A DNA stretch of 63,910 nucleotides, filler included, from Octopus bimaculoides (taxonomy: Eukaryota): the NCBI RefSeq assembly GCF_001194135.2. It is 4 parts of 4 records of this genome, joined end to end, with 100 filler letters (N's around TTAATTAATTAA, not from the genome) between each part and the next. Parts side by side here need not be neighbours in the genome. Positions count along the whole stretch, not along the records: positions 1 to 20,042 come from NC_068982.1; positions 20,143 to 31,478 come from NC_068991.1; 2 more parts are not named here. One strand, written 5' to 3'. Numbering within the stretch: position 1 is the first letter of the stretch; every line of letters begins with the position of its first letter. Below are positions 12,642 to 26,669 of this stretch, one piece after another. The notes below the pieces were generated by a model. That model was given only the letters and a program-made list of their open reading frames with translations. It was not told the DNA's origin and made no database searches. Both the position numbers and the translations under genes were made by a program.

Positions 12642-12720
12642 GAGAATCCCTATTGATACAGTTCCTTACAACGATAGCAAAGAATGTGCCAACTGGCTCC
12701 ATAAACTCTATCAAGAAAAG
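12642..12720 (+). CDS. AGPAT3/4: AGPAT3/4 exon D
   Basis: TTCAG acceptor, GTAAG donor, 79 nt phase 2-0. (R)RIPIDTVPYNDSKECANWLHKLYQEK matches the 'RRIP......E.A.WLHKLYQEK' block. Confidence 0.94.
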
Positions 12721-13195
12721 GTAAGAGTTTCTTTTATTTTGATAGCCAAAAACTATTGTTTGATGACTGGGTATCAATAAATATTGTATCAATACAACAT
12801 GCTTATGGATAATTATGTAAAAGCAAGTCCTGTATAATGTGCTTAAAAGACATTATCAAGTCTCACTGTGAAAATAGATTCCATAATTAAACCACAGGCT
12901 TTTTGTCAGCGTCATATGAGGTTCAAACTGACAGGTTTTGTCTTTTCATTAACCTCTTTCTTACCATATTTCTGTTGAAACACACAGCTTTTTAGTTCTG
13001 TTAAATTTGAAAATAATGAAGAATTTGATAATATATCTATCATTATTAAGTTGATATTTAAAACATGAATTAACATGAACTTTTGATGGAAGATTTTAAT
13101 TTTAATTTAGATCACTTTAAAACTGGAAGTTTGTATCAAAGAACTGGGAGAAATGTCAGGTAGTTTTGTATTAAAAGATCAATCTTTCCTAACTG

Positions 13196-13580
13196 TTTGT
13201 TGTTGGCACTCCATCGCTTATGACGTCGAGGGTTCCAGTTGATCCGATCAACGGAACAGCCTGCTCATGAAATTAAGGTACAAATGGCTGAGCACTCCAC
13301 AGACACGTGTACCCTTAACGTAGTTCTCCAGAATATTCAGCGTGACACAGTGTGACAAGGCTGACCCTTTGAATTACAGGTACAACAGAAACAGGAAGTA
13401 AGAGTGAGAGAAAGTTGTGGTGAAAGAGTACAGCAGGGTTCGCCACCATCCCCTGCCAGAGCCTCGTGGAGCTTTAGGTGGTTTCACTCAATAAACACTC
13501 ACAATGCCCGGTCTGGGAATCAAAACTGCGATCCTATGACCGCGAGTCCGCTGCCCTAACCACTGGGCCATTGCGCCTCC
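13196..13580 (-). mobile_element. tRNA-derived SINE (GGAGGCGCAATGG family), full length
   Basis: A box TGGCCCAGTGG, B-box-like GTTTTGATTCC, CAA tail. Same family as 7567-8116 and 26729. Confidence 0.88.
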
Positions 13581-13929
13581 ACCCTAACTGTTTACAAGCT
13601 GCTAAAGTCAAGAATAGAACTTTTATAGGGAATGTATGCAGAATTATAATGAGTATAATAGACTATATGTAACAATGTTACATATATTCTATTATGCTTG
13701 TCATTATGTAAAGTTGGCTAAGCATAGCATTATTCTATAATTCTTTTAATGTTTTCTGTAAGAAGTCCTTTTCCTGTTAGCCTCATCAGACTGTAAGGTG
13801 AAGTAAGTGACTGAGCCTCACTTCAAGTTACTGAAAACCCTGTAGTTTATCCATAGGGGTCTATTTTTCACAGAAAAACTAAAAATATATTTATTAAACA
13901 TACATGATTTCCACTAATGTGTGAAAGTT

Positions 13930-14330
13930 ATGTACAACATATTTATCATGTGCATCTGTATACAGCAGAAGTAGTCATGGTGGTGTAGGATGTGGGTATA
14001 GCAGAAATGGTGATGGTAGTGGTGAGGTATCTGCATGCTGCAAATGTGACAGTTGTAGTGTGTACACAGTAGAAATAGTGTGGTGATTGTAGTGATGGTG
14101 GTGGTGATGGTAGTAATGCAGTGTCTGTACACAACAGAAGCAGTAGTAGGAAGTATGCATACAGCAAGTGGTAGTAGTGATGTCTGTACACAACAAAATT
14201 TGGTGGTGGGATGTTTGTACACCACAGAAGTGGTGCTGGTGGTGGTGGTGGCGGTGGCAGCGGCGGCAGAGGAGGAGTGATGTCTGTACACAACGCAAGT
14301 GGCTGTGGTAGAAGTAGGGCCTCTGTATGC
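13930..14330. repeat. GTG/GTA-rich minisatellite with recurring TGTCTGTACACAAC
   Basis: Motif recurs with variable spacers in the intron before AGPAT exon E. Confidence 0.75.
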
Positions 14331-14399
14331 TAGAGTGGGTGATATTCTAACAACCTTATTGAGTACACACTATTAAAATATGTTTTTGTCTATTTCCAG

Positions 14400-14601
14400 G
14401 ATAAACTATTTGATCAGTTCACTATGCTAGGTCGTTTCAGTGGAGTCCAGAAACGTACAATACCCCGACGTTATTGGGATTTGATTGTCTGGCTTTGTTG
14501 GGCATCAGTTCTCTGTCTGCCACTATTTGTGTATATATGGAATCTTATCCAAAATGGAATCACTCTTTACCAAGCTTTATTTGTTGTCACTTTGACTGTA
14601 G
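14400..14601 (+). CDS. AGPAT3/4: AGPAT3/4 exon E (C-terminal hydrophobic region); terminal exon not located
   Basis: TTCCAG acceptor, GTGAG donor, 202 nt phase 0-1. DKLFDQFTMLGRFSGVQKRTIPRRYWDLIVWLCWASVLCLPLFVYIWNLIQNGITLYQALFVVTLTV continues the KD motif and has membrane segments. Confidence 0.9.
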
Positions 14602-14842
14602 GTGAGTATTTCACTGTCATTATTATGGCAATAGAAGGCATGAGCTAGCATATCCACTAGAGCCTCAGACAAAATGCTTAGCAGTAGTATTTCTTTCAGC
14701 TCATTACATTTTGAGATCAAATTCTGCCAAATTCCAATAAAATAAGTACCAGTTGAACTCTAAGGTTGATGAAGTTGACTTACCTCCCAGCTAAAACTTG
14801 TTGGCCTTGTACCAAGATTTCAAAAGAAACACTATTACGTGC

Positions 14843-14879
<37 letters not shown>

Positions 14880-15261
14880 CCTATTTTGAAACATGAACAT
14901 CATTTTAGAGTATTGATTACAATAAGGGAGTATATAGAGTCACATATACTTGCTGATATACACCCACACTAGCACATGCATGTGTACACATGCAAACATA
15001 TTGTCCTTTGTATCAAGAAAGCCAAAAAACCCCAAACTCCTCAAGCTATCAAGCTTTGTCTCCTCTCTGTCTCTTCTACTACATCTTCCTCTGCTTCTCT
15101 CAACTTGATGACTCTAATAATTTCCACTTGCTGCTCTTTTCTCTCCTCATGTCCCTCTACTGCCTTCTTTCTTGTCCTTCTGGATCTTTCTTACTCTCTT
15201 TATGTTCCATTTAACCTTTGAACTACAACAGTTTTAAACTAATCATTGATGGAGGTTCACC

Positions 15262-15501
15262 TTATTTTTTTATTTCTTTACTGCCCACAAGGGGCTAAAC
15301 ATAGAGGGGGCAAACAAGGACAGACAAAGGGATTAAGTCGATTATATCGACCCCAGTGTGTAACTGGTACTTAATTTATCGACCCTGAAAGGATGAAAAG
15401 CAAAGTCGACCTCGGCGGAATTTGAACTCAGAACGTAACGACAGACGAAATACCACTAAGCATTTCGCCCGGTGTGCTAACGTTTCTGCCAGCTCGCCGC
15501 C
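15262..15501 (-). mobile_element. Young Meta-domain-type SINE
   Basis: GGCGGCGAGCTGGCAGAAACGTTAGC head; GAGGTCGACTTTGCTTTTCATCCTTTCAGGGTCGATAAATTAAGTACC. Confidence 0.85.
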
Positions 15502-16959
15502 TTATTTTCTAATTTATGAAGAACTGAAAAAAGTTATGAGCAATGCCCCTCATCAAAGTAAAAATATAAAGTTTAATAACTAAATATTATTTTACAGTTT
15601 TGAGGGTGGTTGAAAATAAAGAGTATCAAACTAGATACATTATGAAACTAATTCTATTGTATATTATGGAGTATACTTGTTTGTTTTACATCTCTTTTTC
15701 AATACAAGTATAGGTTGAATGTGTACTTATTTGAGGCCATATTTTTATGGCCAAATGCATTCTAGATGGGTACTTATTTGAGGCAGTATTTTTTATAGCC
15801 AGCCACTCTTCTTGTTACCAATCCTTCCCTGCTGTTTTACAAGAGAGCTTTAATTTCGTGGGATCATAAAGTTATTGGATATAATGTTTATGGAGAATGA
15901 AAACACAACACTACTTCTTTTTGTTTTTGTTCAGACAGTCTTATGCAATAAGCAAAAACAACAACTTTCATGTACACACATGAGTATGCACACACAAACA
16001 CACATGGTTGGCTTCCATGCATCTTCTGCCTACAAATTTCACTGATAAGGACTGGTCAGCTCAAAGCAACAGTAGAGGACGTTTGCCAAAGATGCTGCAT
16101 CATCATGGATTAAATATACCATAGAATATATATTTATTTCTGATATAGAATTAGTTTTGAGTTATAAACCTTTGAGAAAACTTGGATTCCAAAAAAAAAA
16201 AGAAAAACCCATAAAAAAATCACAATTTCAGTTGTATACTTAAATTTTATATCATTGCTACCCTTTCTGACCTAGTCTACTTAATTTTAAATTAAGTTAG
16301 GTTCAGTTTATTATTTACAACAAATTTTGGTGGTTTTTATTTGGTACCAAATCATCTCTGAGCAGTCCCATGATGAAAGATGTTTAAGTGTGACCATGTT
16401 TAAAGCATAAAGGATAATGTAGCTAAGAATACTTTATTCTGAATATACATTTCCTTCTGTTTTTTGAGGTAATAGAGTGAGATTTGGTTGTTATTTCTAG
16501 CAAAATAATAGATACTGAAGAGCCCATCCTCTCTCAAAGCATTTCTCTCGTTAGCAGGGCTGAGGTCAAATTCTTGTATGGGCCATTTGGGAATAAACAA
16601 ATACTGTTAGTAATGTAAAGTACAAGTCGGTTTTTGGTGAACAAACTTTGTGACCCATTTTCAATTCTTAGTTGTTTACTATTTCTTTACATATCACTAA
16701 TGTCTACAGGATATTAGTAATTGTTGTAATACTTTCTAAAACTGAAGATGAACGTCCATCTGGATTCTCAATGGCAGACATCTCCTCTCCAATTTCAGCT
16801 ATGCTGTTGATATTTCTGCTATATACAAATCTTGTTAGGGCTTACAATCTTTTGTTGACTCTCTTACTAAGCATGCTTCAGAGGTCAGACTTTCTATCTA
16901 CAAATAGAATGCATGACAAGAGACAAATCTAATCTGGACCTCTACCATACAATATATGC

Positions 16960-17400
16960 CAAATCAGTAAAGAAAGTTTCTGAATTCACCTACCTCAGAC
17001 ACAAACAATGGAATGATAGCTGTGAACCATAGAATCAAATTTGATTGAGCAGCCTTTGATAAGAACAAAATTGCACTTACTTCAAAACGGATCCCATACC
17101 ACATAAAACCAAGTATCTACAATACCTATGTTCTTCCTGTAGTTTTATATGGGCTTGAATGTGTCATCTTGACTTCTGTTGCACTATAGAAACTGAAGGT
17201 CTTTCAGAATCATGTAATGTGACTTCTTATGAACACTAAACTCTCAGACCATGTCAGAATTGGAGATCTAAGGCAAATAACCAAATTACCACAAATCACT
17301 CCTCTGTCATCAAACACAAAGTACTCAAACTGTTTAGCCACACTGAATGATTTGTGGTGTCAGTGAGATCTGTTTGGAAAACATGATTAAAAGAAAGAGA
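16960..17400 (+). mobile_element. Old RTE-like LINE RT C-terminal remnant
   Basis: KVSEFTYL...IYNTYVLPVVLYGLEC...KLKVFQNHVM..LL with stops. Confidence 0.65.
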
Positions 17401-19837
17401 AACAGAGGTTGGCAACCTTAAAAATGGAAAGATAGGTCTTAACATAATCTCTCTGAACACTTGCCAAAGATTGAATTCTATGGCAGCAAGTATCTCATGT
17501 TAGTGTGATGCCTGCTGCAGATAGAGATAGTGGCAATTGATGAATGTCTATAGGAAGAGAATAAAAATATAGAAGTCCACAAAATTATCTGCCATTTTTC
17601 CAACAATTTTGGCCACCTTTTTGAATTCAATATCTTTATACCTATCAGATATGCTTATGAAATTTTTTTTTAAAAACAGCACGGTACCCATGATTTTAGA
17701 AACATTTTTGACACTCCCAGAAGCTTGAAATAAACCATCCACATCAATTGTTAGCTGAGGGGATACTACCTCCTTTAAAAAAATCCATACTTCTGTAAAT
17801 TTGCTGGCAATGCTCCTGATGTGCCAATGCACCTTTTCCTCTCTGTGTTTCTTAGGATGTCTTCTGTTCTATCCTGTGTTCTATGTCATGTACCTTTAGC
17901 TCTCCTTACTTATTGCTGTTTTCTGTTACTTCTTTTATCATTTTCTGATGTGTTGTGATGCACTTGAGCACTGAATACAATAAGATCATATGTTAAACTT
18001 CATGCCTAGCCAAAGATAGTAACCAGGGGCAACCATTGTAGTGTATCTGCCTTTGGGCTCTGATTACATCACAGTAAAATACTTCTTAAACCAATGAGAG
18101 AGAGAATGAAAGTACAAGTGATACTGAACTAAGTGTTTCAAGATGAACAACTTCAGTTCCATTGTGGTAGTATCCGTTTAGCCATCTAATTACATACAAA
18201 ACTGTTAGATTCATCCTCATCTTCATCATCATCATCAATTTACATGTTTTCTGTTCTGGCATGGGTTGGGCTGTTTGACAGGATTGGCAAGCCACAGGGC
18301 TGTATTGTGCTTCAATGTCAGCTTTGACAGAGTTTCTATGATAGATGCCCTTCCTAACACCAAACACTTTACAATGGGTACTGGGTGCTTTTTTTGTGCT
18401 ACTGGCACAAGTGAGGTTGCCAAACAACTTACAAGACAGGAAAAACAAGGAAAAAGCTCTTTTGGCTAGGTGGTGGGAAGATTTGAGAGTGAGAAGAGAT
18501 GTTTTTATGTCGAGTGTTGATAGCTTAAAGTATAATAAAGGGACAAGCACATGTGTCTTGTTATATTCAAGATATATGGCTACTCTGCATTGCATAAGGG
18601 TAAGAGTAGCTCAGAGGAAGATAAGATGATAGTGATGGGGTACCAGAGCAAGCCCTCAGGGAGTAATAGAAGATATGGACTGGTGCCAGAGCAAATCCTC
18701 AGGGAGCAAGGGAGGGAAAGGAGAGGTGGGAGTTATGAGTATGAAGGAAGAGTATGAGACGCTTAGATCTGGGGTAGAGATGACTGAAATAAGTGATAAA
18801 CAGGGGTGGAGGTGCTGCTTGATGAGAAGTATCAGTATTGGGTGGGAGGGGATAGGGATGATAAATCAGTAAGTAGAGGATAATAAGCAAGATATAAGAG
18901 CATCTTGAGATCAGCCTTCACTACCTCATCCCATGTTTTTCACTTTAAATTTATTTTGTGAAGTGTTGAAATTTTTGTTCCACAATTGCTAATCTGGCCA
19001 CTGACACAGTTTCAATGCAACATTTTTGTCACAGTCATATGATGAAAAATTTGACAGCTCATTATGTAAATTAAAGAGAATTCAACAGCTTTGTATGTTA
19101 TTAAATTGCTAGTATGGCTGTATCAGTGTAATTACTTCAGTTGCAACACAGTCTCATATCAACTTACTTGCTTGACAAGTACAACTCCAAGCCTTCAGTT
19201 ACACTCTGGTGAATTCATTTTATGTTATTCTGCAAAAATTAAAACTCTTTAACACTGTTAACATATTTAACCCTTTTTATCTATGAGTGAAGAACTTAGC
19301 TTGAGAGAAACAATTTCTGAAACAATCTTTATAAGTTTAGAATAACTAAAACAATTTTCTAGGAAATTTTTAATTACTAAGAAACCAAATTTATTGACTC
19401 TTTTTCTTTTTGTTTCAAATCCTGGAACCAGATGTAATATCAGGTGGATTGATACCAAAAATGTTAATCATTATTTCTTGCATTTACATAATAAGGTGAA
19501 GGAGAGGGATATGTCATTGAACTAATATTGATACATTTGTAGCAGTGGACCAATATGTCATCAGACGAGACACCTTTAATTTACATGGTAGAGCTGACAC
19601 ACCACCTGATTTAACATCATCACTTGTCTGGTGCCTTTGATTTGCATGCTAGACTTAACACACTACGTGGTTTTTCTATAATGAAGCAGCACCTCCACCC
19701 CTGTTCATCACTTATTTCATTCATCTCTACCCCAGATCTAAGCATCTCTTACTCTTCCTTCACATTCTTATAACTTTCCACCTCTCCTTTCCCTCTCTTG
19801 TTCCTGAGGATTTGCTCAGGCACCTGCCAATATCCTT

Positions 19838-19870
19838 TACTAGCAGAGATACCCGGCGTTGCCCGTGTTA
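19838..19870. mobile_element. Helitron-type terminus
   Basis: TACTAGCAGAGATACCCGGCGTTGCCCG, i.e. CTAG next to a GC-rich CGGGCAACGCCGGG motif. The element runs into a scaffold gap. Confidence 0.55.
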
Positions 19871-21379
19871 CATGCAATTGAAAAATGAGACTTTTCTGTT
19901 ATATTTTCTGTAAGGAACTGGAATACATATGATTCGAATTTCATCAAAATTGCACATGAGGGTTCTTTCCCTCTTTACACACCCTAAAAAAATTCTAATC
20001 ATGAGACATGTATCCCATACTATTGATCTTTATGCGCATATTNNNNNNNNNNNNNNNNNNNNNNNNNNNNNNNNNNNNNNNNNNNNTTAATTAATTAANN
20101 NNNNNNNNNNNNNNNNNNNNNNNNNNNNNNNNNNNNNNNNNNATATATACATATATATATATTTGTGCTACACAAAGATATACTAGTAATACATAAAAAA
20201 GTAAAAGATTAAAAGCTCAGTTCCTTACGGCCGTTTCTACCAAGAGGTCACGATATCCTCCATGCTAGCGCCATCTCTTCAGTGTTCTGTAGGGATGGGT
20301 AGATTGAATTTGGATGTTGAGTGTGCCTCTAGGAGGCTCTAAATGATTAGGAGAGCCAATACATACAAGAGACAGTTACTAAAAGTTACAGTATATTTTC
20401 TTATTGAAGAGGGCATAAGAAGAATAGGAGCAAAACTTAAAGTGTGAGAGGATTACTCCTCTCACACTCTAAGTCTTGCTTTAAGATATATATATATATA
20501 CATATATATATATTCACACACACACACGCATATATTCACACACATAAACATATATGTGTATGTGTAATGTCTATGTGTGTGCATAGATATGTGTATATTT
20601 TTGCATGAACTTATATGTGTGTGCATATATATAAGTAAAAGAGAAGATGTTAAGAACAAAGTCAAAGAAATGTGCTCAATCCCAAGCTGATAGCTAAATT
20701 TAATTTCACTTATATTTTCCAAGCCCACAAGAAAAACAACACTGAGAGAAAGACTGTATTAAATAACTAATTTAATTCAAAGGAATGCATTTGATGCTGC
20801 TTGGTATCAGAGCAATCTATGAAAGCTGAAATAGTGAAGACAGTCAGTAGTTTACAACATTTCTGTGTTGCTGAAGTTACCAACCAAGAAAAAAACGACC
20901 TCTTTGAAAAAAGTCTTGTTCTATAACTGTCGCAGACCCACGATGCTAAAAGCAACCCTTTTTGTTACCAAATTTCTATTGGAATGCATTACTTTTGTTT
21001 CGTTTCCTTTTGAAAATAATGAAGCTTTTAGTAAAATAATTTTGTCATTATTATGCTGGTGTTCAAGATGGTAAAGTGGCAGTATTGCTAGCATGCCAGG
21101 CAAAATATTTGGTGGTATTTCATCCGTCTTTACATTCCAAGTTCAAATTCTGCTGAAACTGGTTTTGCCTTCCAGGGCTGATGAGATAAGTACCTGTTGA
21201 GCATTGGGGTCAATGTAATTGATAAGCTCCTTCTCCCAAAATTTCAGGCCTTGTGCCTATACAGTAAAAAGGATTATTATGCTAGTGTTTGAAACATAAA
21301 CTCACATGGAATTTTGATGGGCAGTTTTAATTTCGATCACTTTAAAACTCTGAACATGAACTCTACACCTCAAAAGCAA

Positions 21380-21682
21380 ATGACTATGGCTTCAGCATCC
21401 ATGTCATCCATGGCCAACCATCAGATCTGATCAGCATTTGTGAGGAACATGGTGAACTCAATGGTTGGAGCTGGCTCAAGATGACTATAGCTTCAATGTC
21501 CACATCATCCACAGCTGACTGTCAGATGTGATCAGTATTTTCAAGGGACATGGTGAACTCAATGGTTGGAGCTGGCTCAAGATGACAATGGCAACAGCAT
21601 CCATATCATCCACAACCAACCAGAAGATGTGGTCAGCATTTGTGATGGATGTGGTGAACTCATTGGTCAGATGTGGCTCAAC
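21380..21682. repeat. Three diverged ~100-bp tandem units
   Basis: ATGAC(T/A)AT(G/A)GC at ~21381, 21481 and 21582. GGTGAACTCAATGGTTGGAGCTGGCTCAAG repeated. Confidence 0.8.
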
Positions 21683-23439
21683 CCACCCCACGTGAATGCT
21701 CCTGCAAGTACAAGTAACTAAATAGTACTTTAAAACAGGAAGCTTGTATTACAGGACCAAGGGCAATCTCAGGCAGATCGTTATATCAAAAGGGTTAATA
21801 CAACCAAACACAAACCCACNNNNNNNNNNCACACACACATGCAATATATAAGCTCATCTACAACCAGAAATACTAATCAAATCTCTTCTAACCTTGTATT
21901 ACTTTATCTAAACCAGGTAATAAAATTTATACAATGAATATTCACAATCATATTTTCCATTAATATCTTAAATGCTGAAAGGATAAAAAGGAATAATATT
22001 TACATCAGTTTGTTGGTTATAATAATAACTACAATGTGTATTCAGCATTTATCACATGGTCTTTCTTATTCCATGCATTCTTCATTTTTCCTTTCTGATG
22101 CCATTTTTTTTTTTGTCTTTTTTGTATTTTCATTTCTTTGATGGAATGTTTTTATAAATATTTACATTGTTTGATTATTCTGTTCTGTTCCATTTCCATT
22201 CTGTTCTACTCTCTCTCTCTCTCTCTCTTTCATTTCTCCTTTTCTCTTTCACAAGTTCAATTCCCAACAGAATCATCGAAATAACTTACAAGGGTCAGAA
22301 TGCAGCAGATGTAAAAATTCAGGAAAAGCATAAAAAAAAATGAAAAAACCTCAACCAACCAAAACAAACAAAGACACAAACTAAATTTAGAGAAATGATC
22401 ACATCAACACATTAAAAAAACAACAAACAAACAATAAATTAATACAGTTACGACGGTGATGATGATGGTGATGATGGTAGTGTTGAAGGTGGGGGGACTT
22501 TGCCATTTTAAAGTGAGCATAATTTCTGTTCATTATCTGACATCCTTTAATTAATTAGATTTGCATATTCATTTTAGATCTAGTTTCATTTTTTTAGATT
22601 TGCATATTGATGCTTTAATAGTCTCCAACAAACACTGCACTTTCTCTTTTTGTTGTTGTTGTTATTTAATTATTAATAAAACCTTATGTATCTTGAAATT
22701 ATGGTTTAATGATTTTTCACACAACGCCATTTACTGCCTCACCATTATTTCAAACTTTTTCCTTAATTTGTACATATTTTTCAGTGAATGGTTCACAGTA
22801 ATAGATAGACATATTGAGAACTAATAGTACAGTATGTGTGTGTGTGTATGTGTGTGTGTGGAGGGGATAAGTTATGAAATTTTCTATTGAAATTCAAACT
22901 TCCTTTGTAGCTATAATTCCAACTTCCTTTTATGCTAACTATAAAAATGGACCAAAAAAAGAAAAAAAAAACAAAGAAAAAATACAAGAAACAACATTTC
23001 TATTAACAATTCTAGGAAACTTTAAAATAAAATTTAAAATAAAATTTTAGAAATAATTTGATAAAATTAGTAATAAAGTTTAAAGCCAATGACATTGCTG
23101 TTCTCTCGCAATCCATAGAAACGTCGACTTCCACATAATTTTTATTAAGTAGATTCAAAATTCTCTGAAACATTTTACAAATTGTAACAAGTCACAGACA
23201 GAGATGGAGATAAAGAATAATTATCAACATCATCATCATTGTTTTAATGTCCATTTTTCCATGTTTGCAATGGTTCGGATGGAATTTGTTGAGGTAGATT
23301 GGCAGATTTTTTTCCACGACTGGATACCCTTCCTGTTGCTAACCTTCACCTGTTTCCAAGTAAAGCAATATTTCCCCATGATCAGACATGTCTCAGAAGA
23401 CTGGAAACAAAGGACATCACTTGTACGAGTTATCTTCCT

Positions 23440-23864
23440 TTAGCCTAGGATATTTTTTCCTTCAGCCATATTCATGATATTTGTAATCAACATTGCAACA
23501 TCTTCCTCTATTTCTACACAATCCTAAAACTTAAAATCAATTATAGGATGAGTTTTAACAGGTATCACAGTGCACTCTCCTCCATCACCCTCACTGATGT
23601 GAGACCACTCTCCTTGCTGGTTCAAATGACTAGTAGTCCATTTTGGGATTATCACCTCTCCAAAAATGGACTTATATATAAAGGCAGCAAGCTGACAGAA
23701 TCTTTAGTCTACTAAACAAAATGCTTAGCAACATTTCATGCATCTTTATACTGTGATTTCAAATTCTAGCCTTTCATCTTTCTGGAATTGAGGAAATAAA
23801 AGTACCAGTTGAGCAATGAGGGGGGGGGGGAGATGTCAATAAAATCAACTAACCAACCACTTTA

Positions 23865-23899
<35 letters not shown>

Positions 23900-24209
23900 C
23901 CTACCCTGATGGACATATGACAACAAGTCAGGCAACACTAAAAATCTCTGGTGAGACATCTTTATCAATGTAACCAAAGAGACCCGGACTGATGGGTCAA
24001 AACATATGTTGTACCTATGAAAGGTTTAATACGAAATCCATCTCCTATTAATTAATACTATTACCTTAACTTCCACAGTGGAGTTCCTGAAGTAGATCCA
24101 ACAGAAGTGTACCACAACTGTTGATGACAACAGGTAGCCTAAACTGTGCCGGTGCTCTATTCAACATTTAAACACACTAATCAACTTATACTATTTGTCC
24201 AAATTATTT

Positions 24210-24256
<47 letters not shown>

Positions 24257-24602
24257 GAAGAAATAGGTATCAATAAGAGGAGTACAGTTGGAGAGTTATA
24301 TTTTAATCACTACAATTGTTTCAATGGAATGTAGTTCTCTAGCTAGTTACAACTAAATTCAAACCATGATGGGTAGAGGGGGTGACCATGAAGTCAACAA
24401 TTTTAAACTAACGGAGACAACACTCACATATCGCCTGAGGAAACACAACTAGATCTCATTATGCAAACAAACAGTTGCATAATCAAATACCTGTATTCCT
24501 GGACTACTATGCTGCATCGAAAACAATTGTAGCGATTAACAAATAACTGTCCAACTGCACTCATTCTTACTGACTCCAATTTCTTCAGTTTTATATTCAC
24601 AC
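23440..24602 (-). CDS. Candidate exons of an unidentified minus-strand gene (24602-24428, 24138-24065, 24014-23905, 23523-23440)
   Basis: Each segment has an AG acceptor, a GT donor or stop, and an open frame in otherwise stop-rich DNA. 24138-24065 (YLLSSTVVVHFCWIYFRNSTVEVK) joins in phase to 23523-23440 (DCVEIEEDVAMLITNIMNMAEGKNILG*). No single phase-consistent chain uses all four, and no homolog is recognised. Confidence 0.3.
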
Positions 24603-24731
24603 CTGAAAAATGACCAAACTTAAACTTGGAAGTATATAATAATACTACTGGATAGTACTGGACAATTCTGAAGGTGGACGAGCTTTATACTATAATCCAC
24701 TACATTCCTAATGGAATATACCATAACTATA

Positions 24732-24792
<61 letters not shown>

Positions 24793-24818
24793 ATCTATCT
24801 ATCTATCTATCTATATTA

Positions 24819-26344
24819 CTGTAAAAACCCATGTAGTTTATGCACTTTTTTCACAAAAACAAAAATAAACTTTAGAGGGTGCGTAAATTACATGAGTAAA
24901 TTGTTTGCACAATTTTTTAAGAAATTTTTTGGGTTGAAAAATGACATACAAATGTAAACATTCATATGGGAAGTTGACTCATTTAATGTCAGAATAGGTT
25001 TTTACAGAAAAAACATAATGAAGTTGACTTTTATTTCTGCTGGATGGCATAAGGCTTACTTTTCTGTATAAATTTACTAAAACCATTAAATGGTTAATTA
25101 CTTTTTAAAGTTCGACGTTCATGCTGGTAATCACGGTCTGGGCCATATTTTACATTGCTTAGAGTTTCTACCTATTGCAATGGAGCCCAATTTCCTTCAA
25201 TTGATCAGTTTTTCTCCGCTTAAGAAGTCTAGCCTGCGTTTGCCTCCAGGAAGCTATTGCTCGATTTCTCTGTGTTAGGACAATGAAATTCATCGCTGTC
25301 AACATCATAATTCATCCTTGCACATGTAAACTCACTAAGTGAATATGACTTAACGTTCCTATAGAAACCTTCATTTACCTTATATGATGTTTAATGTTGT
25401 TTCACATTCATGTAGAATTATGCAGCAATCTTAGGTTCTCTTCATAGAACACTTGTATGTATTACCAGTTCTTTTGGTATAGTAGATTTTTGCTATTCTT
25501 GTTTATGTCTACTCACAGACCTATATATTCTAACAAGTCGCTTCTTAAATTTCGCACCTCTCTTGTTCAATAAACACTGACTTAAATTTGCAAAGCAGTT
25601 TATTTTCTCCTTTCCATTTTAATGTTTATTTTAGCAGGTTATCAAACTATCAGTTTGGTCTCCCAGCTAAAATGGTAATGACAAATTTTTAAGTTTGCTT
25701 GACATTTTTTAAGTGTGAAAGGGATTAAAATTTTGATACTCCATATTAAAGGTTCCGACAAGAATAGGCAGAAAATCAGAGCTTGAGACAAGAAGACACT
25801 TTCTCAACTAATCAGAGTTCTGTTTACATAATAAGATTGATCGGTCACCTTCCTCTGTTGGTTGAGTAAAGTATCATCCAAGCTGATGTTTATTGGTAAT
25901 TAAACTTATTTTGAAACGCTTCTTGTGCATATTTATCAGCTTTTTTTTTTGTTGAGAAGAATTATCAACAACTTTTCCTGTGATCATCATTTGAGAAGAC
26001 ATACAGAAGTAAGCTAAAGATTGGACACAATCACTTGTGGGCAAGAAAGTAAAATAAAGTTTATTATAAACAACACAAACACTTCCTAATTTAATAGCTT
26101 TCAAGGTGATACTTGTTAAACAGAAATTATTTTTATTTAATGAAAATTTAATAAAATCTAATCATAAGTAGGTGAAATTATGCTAAAAGAACTGAATTGA
26201 AAACTTTTTTCCCCTGGCCATACTGGTAATTCTGAAAACTTTTGGGTGTGAATTTTACACGAGTAGAAGCTTTTTTTAACAATTTCTATCCTGAAATCAC
26301 CTGTGCAAATTACACAGGTGCACAAATTACATGGGTTTTTACAG
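24819..26344 (-). mobile_element. Degenerate pogo/Tigger-like Tc1-mariner DNA transposon
   Basis: 27-bp TIRs CTGTAAAAACCCATGTA(G/A)TTT(A/G)TGCAC (25/27 identical; 24819-24845, 26318-26344) with TA on both sides. The interior has only a weak, broken HTH-like remnant. Confidence 0.75.
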
Positions 26345-26669
26345 TAATATTTTGGTTAAGGATAGTTAGACTAATAACCTGATGTAGAACTCAATACATG
26401 TATGGTTCAGAACACAATGTTATATGAGTATAGAGTGGTAACAGAAAACAAAGAGAGGATACTGGAAAAACCAAATCATAAACTTCATTAGTCTCTGCTA
26501 TAAGATGTGGTGGACTCCTAGTTGAGCACCAGAATAACACCTCATAGCTTCCTCACAGCCTTGAATATGAAGTGCACTTTATTTGGGAAAGTTACATTTT
26601 CAGAACATACAGTTGTTATGAGTGAGGAAGTTTATATTGATGGCTATGGAAATCCCCCACCCCACCCCC

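Noticed and set aside
17548-17832. 94-aa minus-strand ORF inside the post-AGPAT region
   Set aside because: No recognisable motif or convincing splice context; possibly a TE remnant.
20087-20098. TTAATTAATTAA flanked by 44 N on each side (also 31523-31534 and 62838-62849)
   Set aside because: Palindromic six-frame-stop linker in fixed 100-bp scaffold gaps; an assembly artefact, not biological.
20412-20450. EGIRRIGAKLKV* as the AGPAT terminal exon
   Set aside because: Only superficial similarity to GVRRLIG; lacks TEI.KGS.YG and has a weak acceptor.
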